Shown: piece by piece, positions 8,613-18,242 of the stretch | Position numbering within the stretch: the first letter of the stretch is position 1 | Layout of the letters: every line of letters begins with the position of its first letter | From: Actinomycetota bacterium | Lineage (GTDB): Bacteria > Actinomycetota > UBA4738 > HRBIN12 | Assembly (NCBI GenBank): GCA_050998695.1 | Contig: JBPCPX010000006.1 | Span: 1 to 49,569 of the forward strand | Length of the DNA: 49,569 nucleotides | Reading direction: 5' to 3' | The notes under the pieces: generated by a model | What the model was told of the DNA's origin: nothing | Database searches by the model: none | What the model saw: only the letters and a program-made list of their open reading frames with translations | Translations under genes and position numbers: made by a program

Positions 8613-9547
8613 CGCTCCGGCTCGTCGAGCCTCACGAGCGACTGGGTACGTTCGACATCGTCGGCGATCGCCTCGACCAGCTCGTCGACAGCGTCGAACT
8701 TGATCTCGTCGCGGAGCCGCTCCCAGAACGCGACCGTGAGGGTGTCGCCTCGGAGCTCGTCGTCGGGGAAGTCCAGGAGGAACGCCTCGACATGGAGCGG
8801 CTCCGTGCCGAACGTCGGGTTCGTCCCGACGTCGATCGCCGCGATGAACCGGCTCCCGTCCTCGAGCTCCGCGACCCCGGCGTAGATCCCCTGTCCCGGA
8901 AGCAGCAGCCGAGGCCAGGTGCGGAGGTTCGCCGTCGGGTAGCCAAGCCCCTTGCCGCGACCCGCACCGGACACCACCTCGCCGTCGACGGCGTACCGCC
9001 GTCCGAGCCCGGTTCGAGGCCACGCGAGATCGCCCGCGGCGAGGGCCTCTCGGATCGAGGACGACGAGACGACCCGGCCGTCGATCGTGAACAGTCCCAC
9101 CTCGTCCGCGGTCATCCCGCCCACGTCGCGAAGCGTCCCCACGTTCCCGGCCGCGCGGTGGCCGAACGCGAAGTTGGCGCCCACCCGGGCGTGCACCGCG
9201 TGCAGCCCGCCGATCAGCACGTCACGGACGAAGTCCTCTGCCGGGATCTGCGAGAACTCCTTCGTGAACTCGAGCACGACCAACACGTCGACCCCGCACC
9301 CTTCGATCAACGATGCCTTCCGCTCGACGGTCGTGAGCAGACGAGGCTCCTCGCCCGGCGTGAGGATCTCGCGAGGATGCCGGTCGAACGTCACGCCGAC
9401 GCTCCTAGCGTTCCGCTCCTTCGCGGCCTCGACCGTGCGGCCTATGACTTCCTGATGGCCCAGATGGACGCCGTCGAAGAACCCGATCGTGACGACCGAC
9501 GGGCCTTCGGGAAGCGGGAGGCTCTGCAGGCCCCGGACGATGTCCAT
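8609..9547 (-). CDS. ribF: Bifunctional riboflavin kinase / FMN adenylyltransferase
   Basis: Motifs IGFFDGVHLGHQ and GRGKGLGYPTANL. The likely start is the ATG at 9547 (MDIVRGLQ...), 19 nt after the truB stop. The longer ORF start at 9625 would overlap truB. Confidence 0.92.
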   Translation of the reverse strand: MDIVRGLQSLPLPEGPSVVTIGFFDGVHLGHQEVIGRTVEAAKERNARSVGVTFDRHPREILTPGEEPRLLTTVERKASLIEGCGVDVLVVLEFTKEFSQIPAEDFVRDVLIGGLHAVHARVGANFAFGHRAAGNVGTLRDVGGMTADEVGLFTIDGRVVSSSSIREALAAGDLAWPRTGLGRRYAVDGEVVSGAGRGKGLGYPTANLRTWPRLLLPGQGIYAGVAELEDGSRFIAAIDVGTNPTFGTEPLHVEAFLLDFPDDELRGDTLTVAFWERLRDEIKFDAVDELVEAIADDVERTQSLVRLDEPER

Positions 9548-9566
9548 AGGCGATCGAGGGTACCGG

Positions 9567-10415
9567 TCAGCCCGCGGCCAGGATGACCTGCGGGCGGGCC
9601 CGCGGCCCGTCGTCCTCGTAGACACCGATCAAGTGGCCGTCCGGTCCGAAGACGGCGTAGGGACCCGTCAGGTCGGCGGGACCGAGCGGCCTCCCGTGCG
9701 AGGCCGCGACGGCCTCGTCGGGATCGAGGTCGAGACGAGGGAGGTGGCCTACGGCCGCGTCCATCGGTAGCGGGTCGCCGACGCCGTCCGGGGCGACGGC
9801 CGCGTCGACCACGTAGGGACCGATCGCGGTCCGGCGGAGGGCGGTGAGATGGGCGCCGCACGACAGTGCCGCGCCGACATCCGCCACGAGCACCCGCACA
9901 TACGTGCCGCCCGAGCACGTGACGCGGAACGTCGCGTCCGGGACATCGAAAGAGACGAGGTCGAAGGCGTCGACCCGGATCGGGCGTGGCTCGGCCTCGA
10001 GGTGCTCGCCCTCTCGGGCGGCCTCGTAGAGCTTCCGGCCGCCGACCTTCACCGCGCTGTACGCCGGCGGACGCTGGAGCGACTCCCCCACGAGCCTCCG
10101 CATCGCCGCCGCGACATCTGCCTCGGAGACGTCCACCTCGGTCTCGCGGACGACGTCGCCGTCGGCGTCCAACGTCGTCGTCTCCACGCCGAGCCGCAAC
10201 GTTCCCTCGTAGGTCTTGGGCAGACCACCCAGGAATCGGAGCAGACGGGTGGCGCGGCCGACCCCGATCAGTAGCAGCCCGGTCGCCATCGGGTCGAGGG
10301 TCCCGGCGTGACCGACCTTCCTCGTCCTGAGTCCACGTCGCACGACGTCGACGACGTCATGCGACGTCACCCCAAGCGGCTTGTCGACCAGAAGGAGGCC
10401 CTCCGCCGGAATCAT
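9567..10415 (-). CDS. truB: tRNA pseudouridine(55) synthase
   Basis: 282 aa: LLLVDKPLGVTSHDVV...VGHAGTLDPMATGLL (catalytic Asp motif). Confidence 0.95.
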   Translation of the reverse strand: MIPAEGLLLVDKPLGVTSHDVVDVVRRGLRTRKVGHAGTLDPMATGLLLIGVGRATRLLRFLGGLPKTYEGTLRLGVETTTLDADGDVVRETEVDVSEADVAAAMRRLVGESLQRPPAYSAVKVGGRKLYEAAREGEHLEAEPRPIRVDAFDLVSFDVPDATFRVTCSGGTYVRVLVADVGAALSCGAHLTALRRTAIGPYVVDAAVAPDGVGDPLPMDAAVGHLPRLDLDPDEAVAASHGRPLGPADLTGPYAVFGPDGHLIGVYEDDGPRARPQVILAAG

Positions 10416-10433
10416 GTGAGAGTCATGGAGGAC

Positions 10434-11411
10434 TCACGACGCCAGGCGGAGCGCCTCGACGAGCCGCTCGATCGTCCCCTCCGGACCATGTTCGGACGTG
10501 TACCCGGCCGCGAGCCGATGCCCGCCGCCGCCGAACGACGACGCCACGGCGGCAAGATCGTGCGCCCCTCGAGACCGGACGCTCACCTTGAACCGACCGT
10601 CCCGCTGTTGTTTCAGGACGGCGGCGACGTCGACGTCCCGTGCGGTCCGGAGCACGTCGATCACGTCCTCGGTGTCGCCGGGTCCGACGCCCGCCTCGGC
10701 GAGGTCGGCCTGCGTGATGTAGGTCCACACCACGCTCGCCTCGCGCACCTCGGTCATGCGCCCAAGCGCCGTGCCCAGGAGCCGGAGGAACGCGGGGTCG
10801 TTGTCCTCGTACATGGCTCGGACGAGCTCTGCGTGATCGAAGTCGTGTTCGCGCAATCGAGCGGCGACCCTGAGCGTTTCGGGAGTGGTCGCCTGGTACT
10901 GGAACCGCCCCGTGTCCGTCACCAGGCCGGCATACAGGCAGAGGGCCACGTCACGGTCGAAGTCGCCGCCCATCGTCTCGATCAGGCGGAAGACCATCTC
11001 GCACGTCGAGGAGGCGTCGGGGTCCACCAGCCGGACCGTGCCGTAGCCGTCGTTCGAACGGTGGTGGTCGATCCAGATGAGCTCGCGCGCCCGGGTGGCC
11101 GGCTCTCCCAGCACCCCGAGCCGATCGAAGGACGCGCAGTCGCACGTCGCCATCACCGCCGGCTCCGGGGGGAACGCGCTCGGCGGCACGACGTGATCGA
11201 TGCCCGGCAGGAGCGTCGCCCACCGGGGCAGGTCCAGGGGCTCGTTCCCGTAGGAGCAGACGGTCCGGACCCCTCGGGAGCGAAGGAGGTTCGAGAGCCC
11301 GAGCATGGACCCCAGCGCGTCGGCGTCCGGGTTCATATGACAGGCGAGCGCCACCTCGTCGGCGCTGGACAGGGTGTCGGCGGCTCGCTTCAGCTCTTCG
11401 AGCTCACTCAT
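10434..11411 (-). CDS. nrnA: DHH/DHHA1 family phosphoesterase (NrnA-type nanoRNase / pAp phosphatase)
   Basis: Motifs HMNPDADALGS, IDHHRSN and GGGGH. The ATG at 11411 has GGGGAG 7 nt upstream and overlaps the rbfA stop. The position between rbfA and truB is conserved in actinobacteria. Confidence 0.88.
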   Translation of the reverse strand: MSELEELKRAADTLSSADEVALACHMNPDADALGSMLGLSNLLRSRGVRTVCSYGNEPLDLPRWATLLPGIDHVVPPSAFPPEPAVMATCDCASFDRLGVLGEPATRARELIWIDHHRSNDGYGTVRLVDPDASSTCEMVFRLIETMGGDFDRDVALCLYAGLVTDTGRFQYQATTPETLRVAARLREHDFDHAELVRAMYEDNDPAFLRLLGTALGRMTEVREASVVWTYITQADLAEAGVGPGDTEDVIDVLRTARDVDVAAVLKQQRDGRFKVSVRSRGAHDLAAVASSFGGGGHRLAAGYTSEHGPEGTIERLVEALRLAS

Positions 11412-11763
11412 CTTGGGTCTCCCCACGATGGAGCCGGCCGATGATCTCCTCGATCCGGTCGTACTGGGCGAGCGTCTGGTCCACCTGGAACTCGAGGTCG
11501 GGCAGGCTCCTCAGCCTGACCTGGCGACCGAGCTCCTTCCGGAGATGTGGGGTGGCGGAGCGGAGCCCTGCGGCCGTGGACCGCTGCTGCTTGTCGTCCC
11601 CGAGCACCGTGTAGGACACCCAGGCACGCTTCAGGTCCGCGGTCACCTGCACCCCGGTGACCGTGACGAAGCCGATCCGTGGATCCTTCAGCCGCTGGAT
11701 CTCCTCCGCGAGCACTTCGCGGAACTCTTCCGCGACTCGCGCTTTCCGGGCCCCCTGTGGCAC
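11404..11763 (-). CDS. rbfA: Ribosome-binding factor A
   Basis: 119 aa: RVAEEFREVLAEEIQRLKDPRIGFVTVTGVQVTADLKRAWVSY. Confidence 0.95.
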   Translation of the reverse strand: MPQGARKARVAEEFREVLAEEIQRLKDPRIGFVTVTGVQVTADLKRAWVSYTVLGDDKQQRSTAAGLRSATPHLRKELGRQVRLRSLPDLEFQVDQTLAQYDRIEEIIGRLHRGETQDE

Positions 11764-11781
11764 GTCATCCCCCCGCGTCGC

Positions 11782-12075
11782 TCAGTCGTCCGGCGAATGG
11801 AGCGTCAGGTCGCTGTCGATGATCTCCACCTCGGCCCATCGCTCCACGAATCGTTCCACCGAGTGCATCACCTTCTTGAGGTGATATCCCTCCGACGCCA
11901 CGGCGGCGACCCCGAGCTCGGCCCGCTGCCACTTGTCCTGGTAGCCGGTCTCCGCGACGGCGACCTCGAACGTCGACCGGATCCCACCCGTCAGACCCTT
12001 GATCACGTGACGCTTCTCCTTCAACGATCCGCACGCCGGGATCCGGAGATCGAGCCGAAGGGCGGCCATCAGCAT
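11782..12075 (-). CDS. DUF503 (YlxP-like) protein
   Basis: 97 aa from the ATG at 12075 (MLMAALRLDLRIPACGSLKEKRHVIKG...), overlapping the infB stop by 1 nt (TGATG). The longer ORF start would lie inside infB. Confidence 0.85.
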   Translation of the reverse strand: MLMAALRLDLRIPACGSLKEKRHVIKGLTGGIRSTFEVAVAETGYQDKWQRAELGVAAVASEGYHLKKVMHSVERFVERWAEVEIIDSDLTLHSPDD

Positions 12076-14336
12076 CAGGAGGAGATCTGGCGAGCGAACT
12101 CCTCGACCTCGAAGGCCTCGATCACGTCGCCCTCCTTCACGTCCTGGAAGTTCTCGAGCCCGATCCCGCACTCGAACCCCTCGCGGACCTCGGCCACGTC
12201 GTCCTTGAACCGGCGGAGCGAGCCCACCCGACCCTCGTAGACCACGACGCCGTCACGGATCAGCCGCACCTGCGAGTTCCTGCGGATCGTGCCTCTCGTG
12301 ACGTAGCAGCCCGCGATGACTCCGAGCTTCGGCACCCGGAACGTCTGGCGAACCTCGGCCTCGCCGAGGATCGACTCGCGCTCCTCGGGCTTGAGCATGC
12401 CGGAGAGCGCGGCCTTCACGTCGTCGATCGCGTCGTAGATGACGCGATACAGCCTGATGTCCACACCTTCCCGCTCGGCCAGCTCGCGGGCGTTCGCGTT
12501 GGGCCGGACGTTGAACCCGACGACGATCGCGCTCGCCGTCTTCGCCAGGTCCACGTCGTGTTCGGTGATCGCGCCGGCGCCCGAATGGACGAGGCTCACG
12601 CGGACCTCGTCCTGCGGCAGCTTCAGGAACGCGTCCGTGAGGGCTCCGAGCGAGCCTTGGACGTCGGCCTTGACCACGAGGTTCAGCTCCGGGATGTCCT
12701 GGCGCTCCTGGCGCCTGAGCAGCTCCTGGAGCGATGCCGGCCGCTGGTTCACGACCTCGGCGGACCGGACCCGGGACTCCCGCTCGGCCGCGATGTGCCG
12801 GGCCTCGCGTTCGTCCTCGACCTCGCGGAGCTCGTCACCCACGTTCGGGACGCCGTTCCAACCGAGCACCTGGACCGGCTTCGCCGGGCCGGCGACGTCG
12901 ACGGACTGCCCGTTCTCGTCGACCATCGCGCGCACCTTGCAGTACGTCGTGCCGCAGACGAGCGCATCGCCCACCTCGAGCGTTCCCTTCTGCACCAGCA
13001 CCGTGGCGACCGGGCCGCGCCCCTTGTCGAGGTGCGCCTCGAGGACTGTTCCTCGGGCGTGCCCCGTGGGATCGCCCTTCAGCTCCGCGAGGTCGGCCAC
13101 GATCAGCACGGTCTCGAGCAGCCCCTCGAGGTTCGCGCTCGTCTTCGCGGAGACGTCGACGAACTCGGTGTCCCCGCCCCATTCCGAGGGGACGAGCCCT
13201 CGCTCCACCATCTGGGTTCGCACGCGGTTGGCGTCGGCCTCTTCCTTGTCGATCTTGTTGACCGCCACGATCACCGGCACACCCGCCGCTCTCGCGTGGT
13301 CGAGCGCTTCGACCGTCTGTGGCATCACGCCGTCGTCGGCGGCGACCACGAGCACGGCGATGTCGGTGATCTGCGCGCCCCGCGCCCGCATCGCGGTGAA
13401 GGCCTCGTGGCCCGGCGTGTCGATGAACGTGATCTCACGTCCGTTGACATGGGCTTGGTAGGCGCCGATGTGCTGGGTGATCCCGCCGAACTCTCCGGCG
13501 ACCACGTCGGTCACCCGGATCGCGTCGAGGAGCTTCGTCTTGCCGTGGTCGACATGACCCATGACCGTGACGACCGGCGAGCGAGGCACGAGCTTGGACT
13601 CGTCGACCTCGTCCTCGCGTTCGCGCTCCTCGGCCTGAAGCTCGTCTTCGAGGCCGACGACCTCCACGTGATACCCGAGCTCCGACCCGAGGGTCTGAAG
13701 TGCCTCATCGGAGAGCGACGTGGTCGCGGTGACCATCTCGCCGGACATGAAGAGGATCTTCACGATGTCGGCCGGGGACCGGTTGGTCTTCTCGGCGAAG
13801 AGCTGTGGGGTGGACCCTCGAACCACCTGCAGTACCAGGCCCTCAGGCGGCGCTGCCGCTGCGGGCGCAGACGGTGTGGGCGTGGACGGTGTCGGGGCAG
13901 CCGGTGTCGGGGCAGCCGGTGAAGGGGCCGTCGCAGGTGCCGGTGTCGATGACATCGGGGCCGAACCCGTCGCAGCGGGCGCGGCAACGGGGGTGGGAAC
14001 CCTCGGCGCGGTCGCGGCGGGCACGGGTGTGGGAGCGGGAGGGGCGACTGCGGCGCCGTTCCCCTCGGGCGACGCCTTCTCCGCAGCGGGCGCCGCGGCG
14101 GCCTTGGGCGCAGCCGGCTTGGGCTTCGGCTTCGCCCGCGGCTTCGGGGGCGGCTCCATCACCTGGCGCGGCTTCGCGGCCTTCGTCGCCTTGCCGCCCG
14201 AAGCTCGCAGCCGGGGGACGAGGTCTTCGGGCACGCTGGAGGAGGCGGACTTGCCCGTCACGCCCATCTTCTCGAGCGTCTCCAGCAGCTCCTTGCTGGA
14301 GACGTCGAGCTCTCTTGCGAGCTCATGGATCCTCAT
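12075..14336 (-). CDS. infB: Translation initiation factor IF-2
   Basis: 753 aa. N-terminal MRIHELARELDVSSKELL, an Ala/Pro-rich linker, and a GTPase domain with VMGHVDHGKTKLLD and DTPGHEAF. Confidence 0.98.
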   Translation of the reverse strand: MRIHELARELDVSSKELLETLEKMGVTGKSASSSVPEDLVPRLRASGGKATKAAKPRQVMEPPPKPRAKPKPKPAAPKAAAAPAAEKASPEGNGAAVAPPAPTPVPAATAPRVPTPVAAPAATGSAPMSSTPAPATAPSPAAPTPAAPTPSTPTPSAPAAAAPPEGLVLQVVRGSTPQLFAEKTNRSPADIVKILFMSGEMVTATTSLSDEALQTLGSELGYHVEVVGLEDELQAEEREREDEVDESKLVPRSPVVTVMGHVDHGKTKLLDAIRVTDVVAGEFGGITQHIGAYQAHVNGREITFIDTPGHEAFTAMRARGAQITDIAVLVVAADDGVMPQTVEALDHARAAGVPVIVAVNKIDKEEADANRVRTQMVERGLVPSEWGGDTEFVDVSAKTSANLEGLLETVLIVADLAELKGDPTGHARGTVLEAHLDKGRGPVATVLVQKGTLEVGDALVCGTTYCKVRAMVDENGQSVDVAGPAKPVQVLGWNGVPNVGDELREVEDEREARHIAAERESRVRSAEVVNQRPASLQELLRRQERQDIPELNLVVKADVQGSLGALTDAFLKLPQDEVRVSLVHSGAGAITEHDVDLAKTASAIVVGFNVRPNANARELAEREGVDIRLYRVIYDAIDDVKAALSGMLKPEERESILGEAEVRQTFRVPKLGVIAGCYVTRGTIRRNSQVRLIRDGVVVYEGRVGSLRRFKDDVAEVREGFECGIGLENFQDVKEGDVIEAFEVEEFARQISS

Positions 14337-14602
14337 GTCGCCTGCAACGCCTCCTCGATCTGATCCCTTAGCCTAGCGAGTTCCTCTTCGGCCATACCCG
14401 TTCGCAGCGCGCTCGCGAAAGCGCCCTTGTGCAGGGCCGCCGCCACACATGCCGGGTCCCGGTGGACGTACGCACCTCTCCCCGGCGCCGAACCGATCGC
14501 GTCGACGCGCACGCCTGCCGGCGTGCGCGCGACCCGCATGAGCTCACCCTTCGCCGCGCGCTCCCGGCATCCGACGCACGAACGTTCCGACTCGCGCGCC
14601 AC
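14333..14602 (-). CDS. ylxR: YlxR/RnpM (DUF448) family RNA-binding protein
   Basis: 89 aa: ERSCVGCRERAAKGELMRV...GRGAYVH. Sits between nusA and infB, with an ATGA overlap with infB. Confidence 0.9.
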   Translation of the reverse strand: MARESERSCVGCRERAAKGELMRVARTPAGVRVDAIGSAPGRGAYVHRDPACVAAALHKGAFASALRTGMAEEELARLRDQIEEALQAT

Positions 14603-14608
14603 GTCCCG

Positions 14609-15907
14609 TCATTCCCCCGCGGGCGCCTCCGCTGGCGCGGCCTCGACCGGCACCTCGGCCGCGACCGGCTCCGCCTCGGGCTCGGTCGCGACCGGCTCCG
14701 CCTCGACGGGCTCGACCTCCTCGGGCGTGGGCTCGGCACCGGCCCCCGTGGCCACCTCTTCCTCCGTCTCTTCCTGCGCATCGCTGGGGGCGGCCGGCGC
14801 TTCTTCGGGGGCGGCCGGCACCTCCTCGGCGACCACCGGCGGCGCGACCACCGCCGGCGCCGGCGGCTCCGCCGCCTGGCTCTCGGACTTGATATCGATC
14901 CGCCACCCGGTGAGCCTGGCCGCCAGCCGTGCGTTCTGGCCCTCCCTGCCGATCGCCAGCGAGAGCTGGTAGTCGGGCACGATCACGAGGGCGGTCTGGG
15001 TCTCGGGGTTCACGGTGACCTCCTTGACCTTCGCCGGCTGCAACGCGTTCGCGACGAACGTCGCCGACTCGTCCGACCACGGGACCACGTCGATCTTCTC
15101 CCCACGCAGCTCGTTCACCACCATGCGCACTCGCGAGCCCTTCGGCCCGACACACGCACCGACCGGGTCCACGGCGGGCTCGTTCGAGGCGACCGCGATC
15201 TTCGAGCGATGCCCGGGCTCACGGGCCACGGCCATGATCTCGACGATCCCCTCGTTGATCTCCGGCACCTCGAGCGCGAACAACGCCTTCAGCAGGCCGG
15301 GATGCGTTCGCGAGACCACGATCTGTGGCCCCTTCGTCCCCCGACGGACCTCCGTGATGAACGCCTTGAGGCGCTCGCCGTGCCGCAGCGGCTCCGACGG
15401 CACCTGCTCGCCCTGCGGGAGCAACGCCTCCACCTTCCCGAGGTCGAGGAGCGTGTACCGGCGTTCCTGCTGCTGCACGATGCCGGTGACCACGTCCCCC
15501 TCGCGGCCCGCGAACTCCTCGTAGGTCATCTCGCGTTCCGCGTCGCGGAGCTTCTGGAAGATCACCTGCTTCGCCGTCTGGGCGCCGATCCTTCCCTTGA
15601 AGTCGTCGGTGACCTCCACCTCGGCCTCCGAGATGACCTTCATCTCGAGTCCCGGCTCGTCACTGCCCTCGACCGGCGGTGTGTCCACCTCTTCGAGCTC
15701 CTGCTGCCACATGCGGAGATCGCCCGTCTCGGGGTCGATCACGGCGCGGAACCCGACGAACTCGTCGTCACCCTCGGGATGCTCTTGCTTCCAATGAGCC
15801 TTGTAGGCCGAGGCCATCGCCTCTTCCAGCCCACTCAGGATGGTTTCGAACGCGATGCCCTTCTCCCGCTCGAGCTCTCGCAATGCGGCGATCATCTCGG
15901 CGTTCAT
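14609..15907 (-). CDS. nusA: Transcription termination/antitermination factor NusA with a Glu/Ala/Pro/Val-rich C-terminal tail
   Basis: 432 aa with NusA N-terminal, S1 and two KH domains (MNAEMIAALRELEREKGI...). The last ~85 aa are low complexity. Confidence 0.97.
   Translation of the reverse strand: MNAEMIAALRELEREKGIAFETILSGLEEAMASAYKAHWKQEHPEGDDEFVGFRAVIDPETGDLRMWQQELEEVDTPPVEGSDEPGLEMKVISEAEVEVTDDFKGRIGAQTAKQVIFQKLRDAEREMTYEEFAGREGDVVTGIVQQQERRYTLLDLGKVEALLPQGEQVPSEPLRHGERLKAFITEVRRGTKGPQIVVSRTHPGLLKALFALEVPEINEGIVEIMAVAREPGHRSKIAVASNEPAVDPVGACVGPKGSRVRMVVNELRGEKIDVVPWSDESATFVANALQPAKVKEVTVNPETQTALVIVPDYQLSLAIGREGQNARLAARLTGWRIDIKSESQAAEPPAPAVVAPPVVAEEVPAAPEEAPAAPSDAQEETEEEVATGAGAEPTPEEVEPVEAEPVATEPEAEPVAAEVPVEAAPAEAPAGE
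14661..14705. repeat. Direct repeat of 18 nt with 27-nt period inside the nusA tail
   Basis: GCGACCGGCTCCGCCTCG occurs at 14661-14678 and again at 14688-14705. It encodes the 9-aa units EAEPVATEP / EAEPVAAEV. Confidence 0.75.
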
Positions 15908-16356
15908 CGTTTACGCCCCTTCAGCTCCGCGTCCCAGTCGACGACGGTCTTCGCGGCGGCGACCTCACCGATCGCCACGCGATGCTCGTCATCGGGGGCA
16001 GCGATCCGGATCTCGTCGTCCTCGGCGGCGCGGAGCTCACCCTCGAGTACGCCCTCGCCCGTCCTCACTCGAACGCGTTGCCCGACGGCGCGGCGGAAAT
16101 CCTGCGGCCGGCGCAAGTGTCGTTCGATCCCGGGCGTCGTCACCTCCAGAGCGTACGGACCGGGCTCGAACCCCTCGAGGTCGAGCCGGCGGGACACCTT
16201 CTGGGAGATCTGGGAGATCGTGTCGAGGTCGACGCCACCCTCTTTGTCCACCGTGAGGCGGAGGATGCTGCGGCCACTCTCGCGACCGAAGGTCACGTCG
16301 ACGAGTTCGAGGCCTTCGCCCTCGATCACGGGTCTGACCAGCGGTTCCGCGTCCAC
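15904..16356 (-). CDS. rimP: Ribosome maturation factor RimP
   Basis: 150 aa with GTG start preceded by GAGAGGAGGGG. ATGA-type overlap with nusA. LELVDVTF...LRLTVDKEGGVDLD. Confidence 0.93.
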   Translation of the reverse strand: MDAEPLVRPVIEGEGLELVDVTFGRESGRSILRLTVDKEGGVDLDTISQISQKVSRRLDLEGFEPGPYALEVTTPGIERHLRRPQDFRRAVGQRVRVRTGEGVLEGELRAAEDDEIRIAAPDDEHRVAIGEVAAAKTVVDWDAELKGRKR

Positions 16357-16393
16357 GTTCCCCTCCTCTCGCCTCGGGCCGATGTCACCCCTC

Positions 16394-16422
16394 GAAAAAG
16401 AAAGTGGGCGGCGAGCCCACTT
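16394..16422 (-). terminator. Rho-independent terminator downstream of proS and upstream of rimP
   Basis: Minus strand reads AAGTGGGC-TCGCC-GCCCACTT followed by TCTTTTTCG. This is a perfect 8-bp stem, 5-nt loop and U-tract, about 70 nt after the proS stop and about 38 nt before the rimP start. Confidence 0.75.
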
Positions 16423-16492
16423 CCGGCCGTGCAGATCGTCGTCGACCAGCCAGTATAGACAGGGCTCTCGGGAACCGAGGAGACGCGCTGCG

Positions 16493-18202
<1,710 letters not shown>

Positions 18203-18218
18203 GGAACGGACAAGGATA

Positions 18219-18240
18219 CCGGCGGGCTGGTCCCCGCCGG
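18219..18240 (-). terminator. GC hairpin between the secreted-protein stop and the proS start (weak terminator or RNA-processing/stability element)
   Basis: Palindromic stem CCGGCGGG/CCCGCCGG with a 6-nt loop (GACCAG on the minus strand, CTGGTC on the plus strand). It begins 2 nt after the upstream stop and is followed by TATCCTTGTCCGTTCC and then the proS ATG. The U tract is poor, so function is uncertain. Confidence 0.35.
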
Positions 18241-18242
18241 CT

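Noticed and set aside
10308-11444. 378-aa plus-strand ORF opposite nrnA, and similar antisense ORFs (for example 33900..35063, 34667..35851, 12558..13922)
   Set aside because: All lie antisense to recognised genes and show the Arg/Gly/His/Pro-rich composition typical of GC-rich shadow frames.
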